Below are positions 27,940-36,900 of a stretch of 64,000 nucleotides of DNA, in pieces. How positions within the stretch are numbered: position 1 is the stretch's first letter; each line of letters begins with the position of its first letter. Location: NCBI GenBank assembly GCA_900772475.1, contig CAAHEI010000074.1, forward strand, positions 83,008-147,007, given 5' to 3'. Made by a program: the position numbers and the translations under genes. This DNA comes from Clostridia bacterium. GTDB lineage: Bacteria > Bacillota > Clostridia > TANB77 > CAG-465. The notes below the pieces were generated by a model that was not told the DNA's origin, ran no database searches, and saw only the letters and a program-made list of their open reading frames with translations.

Positions 27940-28560
27940 TTACTTCTCCTTAACTATATCGTTTATATTAGTCATTATTTCATCAATAAGTCCGTATTTT
28001 TTTGCCTCTTCAGCAGTCATATAATTATCTCTTTCAGTGTCTTTTTCAATAACATCCAATGGTTGACCTGTTCTTTCACTTAAAATTTTATTTAGTTTTT
28101 CTCTCGTTTTAACCATATGATCTGCATGTATTTTTATCTCAGTTGTTTGACCTGAAAGACCACCACCTGCAATTAAAGGTTGATGAATTAGTACTTCAGA
28201 ATTAGGTAATGCATACCTTTTTCCCTTTTTACCTGCAGCAAGTAATACAGAACCCATGCTTGCTGCAAGACCAACACAAATTGTACAAACATCAGATTTA
28301 ATGTATTGCATAGTATCATATATAGCCATTCCATCAGTTATACTTCCACCAGGACTATTAATATATAGATAAATATCTTTACCAGGATCCTCTGCATCTA
28401 AGAATAATAATTGAGCAATTACAACAGACGCAGACGCACTATCAACCTGTTCAGATAAAAATATTATTCTTTCTTTTAAAAGTCTAGAGAAAATATCATA
28501 AGATCTTTCCCCTTTACTTGTTTGTTCAATAACATAAGGTACTAAACTATTTTTTTCCAT
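27940..28560 (-). CDS. clpP: ATP-dependent Clp protease proteolytic subunit ClpP
   Basis: [29 protein letters not shown] plus the catalytic-site context GLAASMG and IHQP. Confidence 0.97.
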   Translation of the reverse strand: MEKNSLVPYVIEQTSKGERSYDIFSRLLKERIIFLSEQVDSASASVVIAQLLFLDAEDPGKDIYLYINSPGGSITDGMAIYDTMQYIKSDVCTICVGLAASMGSVLLAAGKKGKRYALPNSEVLIHQPLIAGGGLSGQTTEIKIHADHMVKTREKLNKILSERTGQPLDVIEKDTERDNYMTAEEAKKYGLIDEIMTNINDIVKEK

Positions 28561-28578
28561 TTATATAACCTCCTACTA

Positions 28579-29865
28579 TTATTTTTCAATTGCAGAGTCT
28601 ACAATTATTTTCATAAGTTTATCTTGTTTTATTTTTTCTTCCATATAATGTCTTACATTCTCATTTTTATTTAAATCGTCATTTGTATTTTCAGATCCGT
28701 ATTGTTTTTTTAATTCATCTATTTTTTCATCTATTTCTTTTGCTTCAACTTTAATATCCTCAAGCTTTTCAATAGCATCTAGTGCAAGTTTTAATTTAAC
28801 ATTTTTTTCTGCTTCAGGTCTTAAATTTTTCTTAAATTCTTCTTCAGTTGTATTCATATACATACAATAAGTTTTAAGATCTAATCCTTGATATGCTAAA
28901 TTAGAAGCAAATTGATTTGACATACTTTCAACTTCGTCATCAATCATAGATTCAGGAATTACAACTTCTGTATTTTCAACTAATTTATCGATTACAGAAA
29001 TTTCCTTTTGATTTTTAGCACTCTCTTCTTTTTGTTTTTTTACTTTCTTTTCAACATCTTTTCTATAATCTGCTAAAGTTTCAAATTCAGAAACATCTTT
29101 TGCAAACTCATCATCAAGTTCAGGTAAAATTTTAGATTTTATACTTATTAGTTTTACTTTAAACATAGCTGGTTTACCTGCTAGATTTTCAGCATGGTAT
29201 TCTTTAGGGAATGTTACATTTATTTCTCTTTCTTCTCCTATTTTCATACCAATTAATTGATCTTCAAATCCAGGTATAAATTGTCCACTACCAATTGTAA
29301 GTTCAAAATTTTCAGCTTTACCGCCTTCAAAAGCTACACCATCAACAAACCCTTCAAAATCTATTGTAGAAATATCATCTTTTTGCAGATCTCTGTCATC
29401 TACAGATACAACTCTTGCATTTTTTTGTCTATCAGATTCAATTGCAGCATCTACTTCTTTTTTTGATACTTTAGAATCAATTTTTTTAACTTCTAAACCT
29501 TTATATTTTTTTACAGTAGCTTCAGGTTTTACAAATAAAGTAACTGTATATATTAAATCCTTACCTTTACCAATTTGCTTTACATCAAGCTCAGGTTTAG
29601 ATACTACTTCTAATTTATTATCTTCTACAGCCTTTCTATATTCATCATCTACATTGTCTTCAATAACAGTTTCATATAAAACACCTTCACCGTATACTTT
29701 TTCTACTACATTTCTTGGAACTTTTCCATTTCTAAATCCAGGAACTTTAAAGTATTTTGAATTCTTATGAAAAGCTTTATCCAATTCTTTTTCGAAAGTT
29801 TCTTTATCCATTGTAAATTCTAATACTACTTTTGAATTTTCTTGTTTATCAATTTTTACATTCAT
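28579..29865 (-). CDS. tig: Trigger factor
   Basis: GFRNGKVPRNVVEK ribosome-binding motif, a central FKBP domain and an acidic C-terminus. The start was moved to ATG 29865 because the SD GGAGG overlaps the upstream ATG. Confidence 0.95.
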   Translation of the reverse strand: MNVKIDKQENSKVVLEFTMDKETFEKELDKAFHKNSKYFKVPGFRNGKVPRNVVEKVYGEGVLYETVIEDNVDDEYRKAVEDNKLEVVSKPELDVKQIGKGKDLIYTVTLFVKPEATVKKYKGLEVKKIDSKVSKKEVDAAIESDRQKNARVVSVDDRDLQKDDISTIDFEGFVDGVAFEGGKAENFELTIGSGQFIPGFEDQLIGMKIGEEREINVTFPKEYHAENLAGKPAMFKVKLISIKSKILPELDDEFAKDVSEFETLADYRKDVEKKVKKQKEESAKNQKEISVIDKLVENTEVVIPESMIDDEVESMSNQFASNLAYQGLDLKTYCMYMNTTEEEFKKNLRPEAEKNVKLKLALDAIEKLEDIKVEAKEIDEKIDELKKQYGSENTNDDLNKNENVRHYMEEKIKQDKLMKIIVDSAIEK

Positions 29866-30215
29866 TTTTAAATCCTCCATTCAAGTAACTTTCATATATT
29901 ACTATTAAACTAACTATTATATTATATCATATTTTTGTAATTTTTCAACCAAATGTTGGAAGAAAAATTTTAAAGTTTTAAAACCTTAAAAAACGTTGAA
30001 AAAAATTTTGCTATTTAAATTAATCGAAAATAAAAATTTTAAATTTATTATGTATATTATGTTGTCAATAAATATTAATTATGCAATTTTTAATTAATTA
30101 TAAACTGAACATTAACATGGATGTATGCTATAATGTTTTACTTGACATAATTTTTTTGCTCTTGTAAAATAATATACCATGAAAAATATTCATGGTATAT
30201 TATTTAAATTACCTT

Positions 30216-30767
30216 TTACATTGACAAAAAATAATCAATTTCATATTTTATTTTTTTTCCAACACCCTTTAACTTTATTATTTCTTTATACTTTTCTCTC
30301 ATCTGATCAACTGTACAAATACCATAGTTATATAATAACTTTATGGTTCTGGTATCAGATAATCCCTCATCTTTGATATCGCCATTTAAAAATTTTATGT
30401 TAAGTTCATGCATAGCATTTTCAAATTTATTCATATCGTAGTCGGTTATTTTATATACATATTGCAAATAATTTTTGGTATACTTTTTTACTTCAAATAT
30501 ACCGCCTATATCCTCTAACATATATGAAATTTTAGAAGAAAACTTTTGGCAAAAAACTTTTTGACAAACTATAAACCCCATACTATTTAATTGTCTTGCA
30601 ATTTCTTCACTTTTTTTAGGACCAATTCCCTTAATTTGACAAAAAGTTGCATTTTCATAACTTGAAATAAGTTCTGATATAGTATGAATTCCTGCTTTGT
30701 TTAATTTTTTTACTTGATATTCAGTGATATCTAGTAAAGAAATTGGGCTTGCACCTGATAATCTCAT
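30216..30767 (-). CDS. Hypothetical DNA-binding protein with two RNA-polymerase-alpha-CTD-like helix-hairpin-helix modules
   Basis: The N-terminal LDITEYQVKKLNKAGIHTISELI...IKGIGPKKSEEIARQL and the C-terminal LSDTRTIKLLYNYGICTVDQM...LKGVGKKIKYEI both resemble the alpha-CTD pattern. SD AAAGGAG is present. The terminator hairpin is at 30174-30199. Confidence 0.5.
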   Translation of the reverse strand: MRLSGASPISLLDITEYQVKKLNKAGIHTISELISSYENATFCQIKGIGPKKSEEIARQLNSMGFIVCQKVFCQKFSSKISYMLEDIGGIFEVKKYTKNYLQYVYKITDYDMNKFENAMHELNIKFLNGDIKDEGLSDTRTIKLLYNYGICTVDQMREKYKEIIKLKGVGKKIKYEIDYFLSM

Positions 30768-30952
30768 AAAAATATTCTCCTTTATATAATAATAGTATAA
30801 GAATTTTTGCTTAGATTAATTATATCTATGCGTAAATATTCTGTACTTGTATTATACACTTATTTTTTAAAAAGTCAAGTCTTATGTTGACTCTATATGG
30901 AAAATATGATAGAATAATAAAAAACTTTTAAACCAAAAATAATTTAAAGGAG

Positions 30953-31531
30953 ATGTCTTTTTTGAAAAATAAAGAAAATATTTCAGAAGAAAATATAATT
31001 AAAATTTTTGAACGGTTAGAAAAAAAAGAAAAATTAACCAAAATGATGCATAAAATTGTAAAAGTTTTATTTTTTGCTATAATTTTTACAGCTATATCAT
31101 TGTTTATACTGCTGATTTTCGAAATGATGTATGCACCATCAAAAAGTGATATAGCAGTAAATAACTTTAACGCAAAGGATCTATCCATTGATTTAGAAAC
31201 AAAATGTGATGTAAATGATTTGACTATAAATTGTGAACTTATAGAAAAAAGTAAGGATAACATTGTTACATCTAAAAAATTAATTGCCTTACAGGTAGGC
31301 ACAATAAAGAAAACAGAAAAGCCATTAAAAGTATTTCTTGAAAAATCAAAATTAGATATTAAAAATAAAAATATACTTGCATTAAAATATAAAAGCTTTT
31401 CTTGTTCCCCAAAGTTTCAAACTGTTATATGCTTTTTGATTATTATGTTCTTTTTGTCATTAATTTTATTTTTTGTTATAAAATTATATTTTCCAGGATA
31501 TGACAAAAAAATTTTTTACTATCAAGACTAG
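30953..31531 (+). CDS. Hypothetical membrane protein (two TM segments)
   Basis: SD AAAGGAG abuts ATG 30953, so the alternative TTG at 30962 has better spacing. No family recognised. Confidence 0.45.
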   Translation: MSFLKNKENISEENIIKIFERLEKKEKLTKMMHKIVKVLFFAIIFTAISLFILLIFEMMYAPSKSDIAVNNFNAKDLSIDLETKCDVNDLTINCELIEKSKDNIVTSKKLIALQVGTIKKTEKPLKVFLEKSKLDIKNKNILALKYKSFSCSPKFQTVICFLIIMFFLSLILFFVIKLYFPGYDKKIFYYQD

Positions 31532-31651
31532 TTGAAATTTAAAAAATTGAATAATTGTATAGAAAGATTATTAATGCAATTATTACTAATAAAGATTAAT
31601 TTTGTACTTTTGATTAATTATAGTCTAAATAGTAACAAAAAATTAAAGAAA

Positions 31652-31695
31652 AATAATAGTCAAGTTCAAATCTGAACTTGACTATTATTTTTTAT
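31652..31695. terminator. Strong bidirectional intrinsic terminator downstream of the glucan-synthase operon and of 30953..31531
   Basis: 17-bp stem AATAATAGTCAAGTTCA / TGAACTTGACTATTATT, followed by T6 and preceded by an A-run. Confidence 0.75.
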
Positions 31696-31855
31696 ATTAT
31701 GAAGAGCATCGCTTTTTTCAAAAGTGTATATTATAAAAAATTACATAAAAATTATTAAAAGTGTACTAAATCATTATATTTCTTAATTAAATTGCAAAGG
31801 ATTGCATTACCTAAGTTTATAATTTTTTTTGCTTGTGCTTTTTTAACTATCTTAA

Positions 31856-33907
31856 TTATTTTAAATAATCTTCAATTATTTTATACATCCATGCAGAGGA
31901 ACCTGTATACCAAGTCCATCCACCTCTCCCAGGATGTTCAGGATTAGAATATATATCTGCTGCTACTACATATGGCTCAACCATATATTTATCTACTTTT
32001 TCTTTGGTATCACTATGGTAAATAGGATTTAAAAATTTTAATATTTCAATTCCCTTTTCCTTATTTTTTAATTCAAAATATGCTTTTGAAAACCAAGTTG
32101 CGCCATGAGTATATTGTCCTCCATTTTCTCTTGTCCCTGGAACATATGCCTTTATATATCCAGGATTATTTTTAGGTTTATCAAACGGTGGATATAGTAG
32201 TCTTACTACCATATTTTCCTTATCAACAAGATAATTATATGCACATTCCATACATGTTAAAAGTTCATTTTTTACATCTTTATCATTTATCATCGAAATA
32301 ACAGCCCAAGACTGAGATATAATATCAACTTTACACTCTTTATTTGAGTACGCACCAAGCACTTCACCATTTTCAAAAAATGCTCTTACAAAATGATCGC
32401 TATCCCAACAATTTTCAATAATGCTATGCTTTAATAAATGTCTTTCTCTTTTACATGTTTCAACCATTTCATTATCTTTCATATATTTTGCTATGCTAGA
32501 AAATCTATCTAAAACATTCATCATAAAAAATGTAAGCCATACTGATTGACCACGTATATTGCTAAAGCCATCATTCCAATCACCATCTCCAATATCAAGT
32601 AACCCATTTGAAGGATTCTTTCTTGATAAGCCATATGTAATTGTCTTTTTTGCATGATTATAAACACTATCTTCTACATTAATATTGTGATAAACATCAT
32701 AAAGTTCTCTTCTATTTCCCATTAGTTTATCTTCTAAATATTTCGTTTTCTCTTCTAATACAGAGTAATCTTTAGTTTTAGATATATATTCACTTAAAAC
32801 ATAAGGAAGCCATAAATAATCATCACTAAAATATGTCCTAATTCCTGCAGAGTTGTGTTCATGCCACCAATGCAAAACATCACCTTTTTCAAACTGTTTA
32901 CTTGAATTTAAAATTATTTGATTTCTTGTAATCTCAGGCGAAGACGAAATCAAGGCTAAGGTATCCTGAAGTTGATCTCTAAATCCAATAGCTCCTCCTG
33001 ATTGATAAAAACCACTTCTAGCATAAAGTCTACATACTATAGTTTGATATAAAAGCCAACCATTTGCCATTATATCAATATATTCATCACCAGTGTTAAA
33101 TTTTGTGTTTGGTACAACAAGTTTCTTCCAGTATTTTTTAGTTTCATTATATTCTTTTACAACGTTTTTATTTGATGAATATTTATTTTTCATGCTTTTT
33201 ATATACTCTTTAGTTTTTGTTTTATTTGCACCTAAAATTATCGAAAATTCTTCTTTTGAATTTGGAGCTATTACTATATTTAAACTTAAGTTATAGCTTT
33301 TTGTATCAAATTCATACGTTGTGTTATCACTATCTTTTACAACAAATTCAAATGCTTCGCACTCAGAAAAATCAATACTATAAGGATTTTTTAAAATCAT
33401 TGTATTATCTTCCTCTTTACACAATATATACCCAGCATTTGTTTCCTGAGATACTCCAAGAGTCGGTTCTAATTTATATTCAATTTTTACATTTTTCTCT
33501 TCTCCATAATTATTTTCAAGTGTAATATATTGAATTTTTATATTATCTTCTTTAGGAATAAATATATCCATAGTTTTTCTTATATACTCTTCTTCCTCAA
33601 GAACTCTTGTATATCCAAATCCATAAACTAAATTATAGTTTTTTTCAAATATTCCCTTAAAAGATTCACCAGGCTTAAATTCAATCCAATCATTGCACCA
33701 ATCAGTAAGCTTATATTCCCTACTATTAATATAATAGGTATACACGGTACCATAACTTGAAATTATAGTACCGAAATTTTTATTAGCCATTACATTACAC
33801 CATGGAAGAGGAGTATTAGTATTTAAAATATGATACTCATCTTCATTTTTAGAAAAACCTCCATATGAATTAAACGCAATGTAATCTGAAGTATTACCTA
33901 TTTTCAT
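31856..33907 (-). CDS. GH94 glycoside phosphorylase module (cellobiose-phosphorylase-like), corresponding to the C-terminal domain of cyclic beta-1,2-glucan synthases
   Basis: N-domain PLPWCNVMAN. Catalytic-domain motifs FRDQLQD, RTYFSDDYLWLPYV, IGDGDWNDGF, GGQYTHGATW and GGWTWYTGSSAW. The start is ambiguous (ATG 33934, 33919 or 33907). 33907 lies 4 nt after the upstream stop, with GGGAGG 12 nt upstream. Confidence 0.85.
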   Translation of the reverse strand: MKIGNTSDYIAFNSYGGFSKNEDEYHILNTNTPLPWCNVMANKNFGTIISSYGTVYTYYINSREYKLTDWCNDWIEFKPGESFKGIFEKNYNLVYGFGYTRVLEEEEYIRKTMDIFIPKEDNIKIQYITLENNYGEEKNVKIEYKLEPTLGVSQETNAGYILCKEEDNTMILKNPYSIDFSECEAFEFVVKDSDNTTYEFDTKSYNLSLNIVIAPNSKEEFSIILGANKTKTKEYIKSMKNKYSSNKNVVKEYNETKKYWKKLVVPNTKFNTGDEYIDIMANGWLLYQTIVCRLYARSGFYQSGGAIGFRDQLQDTLALISSSPEITRNQIILNSSKQFEKGDVLHWWHEHNSAGIRTYFSDDYLWLPYVLSEYISKTKDYSVLEEKTKYLEDKLMGNRRELYDVYHNINVEDSVYNHAKKTITYGLSRKNPSNGLLDIGDGDWNDGFSNIRGQSVWLTFFMMNVLDRFSSIAKYMKDNEMVETCKRERHLLKHSIIENCWDSDHFVRAFFENGEVLGAYSNKECKVDIISQSWAVISMINDKDVKNELLTCMECAYNYLVDKENMVVRLLYPPFDKPKNNPGYIKAYVPGTRENGGQYTHGATWFSKAYFELKNKEKGIEILKFLNPIYHSDTKEKVDKYMVEPYVVAADIYSNPEHPGRGGWTWYTGSSAWMYKIIEDYLK

Positions 33908-33911
33908 TTTA

Positions 33912-36900
33912 TTATACATCCTCCCTATGATCATATGTTAATTCTTTGTTTACTAACTCATCTGCTGTATCATTTTCTTCACTAACTGTTAAAAGTTCTC
34001 TAACATCCTTAATATATCTCTTTGCAAGAAAAGATAATAGATCAATTTCATTTTTATTTAAGACATTTATATTAAGTAAATATATATTTCCTTTTGTAAT
34101 ATCTGAAAATATAGCTCTATCTAATCTAGTTCTTAAATATGTATAAATAGGTCCATTTTGTTTTTGTGCCTCATCAATTAAAATTACAATATCTAAATCA
34201 ATTTTTCTACTTTTAACATAGTCCATAAAGCTTATTACTTCATTAATTATTCCAGCATTTTCAATTTTATCAACATATACAAGTATAATTGGTAAATCAC
34301 CAGAAATTGAGTACTTCCATAATATAGACTGATTTAGTGACTCATTCCAAAATTTGTTATTATTTAAATTTGTTTTTCTAAATAATACGTCTTTTAATAT
34401 ATTGTTATATACTTGAGCTTTACCATTTTCAAGTTTTAAGTATCTTGCCTGAATGCTGTTTAGCTCACTTGCAAGTTTGAAATGTTCATCTATTGTAACT
34501 TCATCTAAATTAACAACGGTATTTGAAATCTTATATTTACTATCTGCAACACCTAAAATGTAATAAAATTCTTGTCTTTCATGTGGATCTAGTATAATTG
34601 TTGCTCTATATGATAGTATTGGCCATAAAGGATATTTAACAACATTTTGGTTATATGCCTCATCAGGATTTTTTATAATCTTTTGCTTTTCAGTTTCTAC
34701 CTCTTTATCCAGATCTATACCGATAAGTTTAGTATATACAAATAAATCAGTATCTTCTTCATTTTTCTTTCTTTTACTTGCAACAAGTATATCTAAATCA
34801 TCGTCATAATATGTTTCAATTTGTAGATTACTAAATGAAGGATGAACAACATTTGTCATATAATCTGTCATAGCAGGTTCCATATACGTATTAATTAATA
34901 TTTCACGTCTTAAACTAGTATTGTTATATATACTTACTTTTTTTATTTCCACGTTATATTCAGGTGAAATAAAAGTAGTAGTTGTTGTTTCTAAATTTCC
35001 ATCTTCAATATATGTTTCAACCCTATTAAGTGAAGAAGTCCAAACGCACTTAGTTGAATTTTTATTATTAGTACTCAATATATTTCCATCTGTTGCACTA
35101 AATCTATTTCCAGACACTTTATCAGTAAGATAAACAAAATTTCCTGTACTCTCTATATCAGTATATCTTTGTTTATTTACTATTTTATCTTTATATTTTA
35201 TAAAACTAGAACCAGTATTTGTAATTAGTGAAGACATATTTGAACCGCGTAAAAAAGCAATATCTAGGTTTTGTTTAAAATCAGGATTCTCGTCTACATA
35301 TACTCTTTCTGCGTAGTCACATGTAACATGAGTTGTATATTTATTAAGATTTTTTTGCTTAAATTTATTGCTATTATCACTTAGTTTTTTCTTTATTTTA
35401 GCCTTCATTCTCTCACGTTCTTTAAGTAATATCTCACACGCTCTAATATTAGGATTTCTATGGAATCTTCTTTGTATAATACCGCTGTTTATATAATTAT
35501 TAATAGCTGTTAAAATCATACCTTGGTGATGTGCCATATATGTTTTGGCAATCTTACTAGTAGAATTTTCATCTAAATGTTCTTTAGTATAATCAATAGA
35601 TTCATAAAATCCAAAAGCAGAATACATGCCTAATTTTTTTAACTTCTTAATATTTTTATATACTTTCTGCGGTGAATATTCAAGCATTAATATAGATGCA
35701 TATGGAGCAACGACAAGATAATTATTAAGTCCTCTTTTTAGTCCAAGCCATGGAATACCAAATTCTTTATATTGATAATTTAACATATCGTCTTTAACAG
35801 CATAAGCTGACTCTGATATACCAAACGGAACGTTATTTTCCTTAGCATATTTTATTTGACTATACATTGTAAAAAATAATGATTGATCAATTAACGTATG
35901 TTCATATGACTTATCAAATAAATATGGCATAAAATATTCGAATGCTGTGCCACTCCACGAAATAAGACCTTTATATCCATCAACTTTTACCAAATTTCTA
36001 GAAAGTGCAAACCAATGTTTAGATGTTACTTGCCTTGAAGCTATTGCAATAAGACTTGTAGTCCTACTTTCAGACATAAGCATATCATAGTAACTATCTA
36101 CGAGTTTACCGTTTTCTTGAGCATATCCAATTGAAAATAAATTTCTAGAAGTATCATATAGCACTGTAAAATCTGTTTCATCAATTATTTTTTGTACAAT
36201 TTCAATTATCTGATTAATTAAATGTTCGTTTTCTACTTCAATCTCTTTTTCAAATTTATTATGACCTAATAATTCGATTAAAAATTGTTTTGTTACATAT
36301 AAGCTTGCTACAAAATTTCCACTATCTACTGTAGATATAAATCTTGGTCTTAAAGGCTCTAGTGTTTTTATGTTGTACCAGTTATATAAATGTCCATTCC
36401 ATTTTTCAAGTTTTAAAATTGTATTAAATACTTTTTGAAGTCTATCTATACATTCATTTGCATCTATAAATTTTAAATCATATGCATCTATTATAGAAAG
36501 TAAAGCAAATCCAATATTTGTTGATGAGGTTCTATTTACAATTTTATATCTTCTATCTTCCTGGTAATTATCTGTTGGTAAATAGTTATTTACATCACTC
36601 ATCATACTATCAAAAAATCCCCATGTTCTTCTTGCTATTTCTATAACATCATCATTTCCTTTTTGATCTAATTTTTTTCTTCTACCGAACAAATGGTCTT
36701 TACCAAGTAAATACGCAAATATTGGAGCAATTATCATTGAAATTCCAATAAGTATTTTAAAATCAAAATATAAATCAAGACCTATACTTGATGGTAAAAA
36801 AGGTATAAAAGCTACAAAAGCACCAACTATAACATTAGGTAACATATTAAAATAATAGTATTTTAATGTGTTTTTAGATGTTTTATCTAACATTTCACCT

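Noticed and set aside
30142-30376. A promoter-like TTGACA-17-TAAAAT (30142-30170) followed by the 65-aa ORF 30179..30376.
   Set aside because: The ORF is antisense to the 3' end of 30216..30767, low-complexity and without an SD. Its first 20 nt form the terminator hairpin of the opposite gene. The promoter match may be chance or may drive an antisense RNA, but the sequence alone gives no support.
33905-33934. The junction between the two glucan-synthase ORFs could be a frameshift pseudogene.
   Set aside because: The junction falls at a domain boundary. It has stop/SD/ATG coupling architecture, and both ORFs are otherwise intact over 7.6 kb. A recent frameshift cannot be fully excluded without comparison to relatives.
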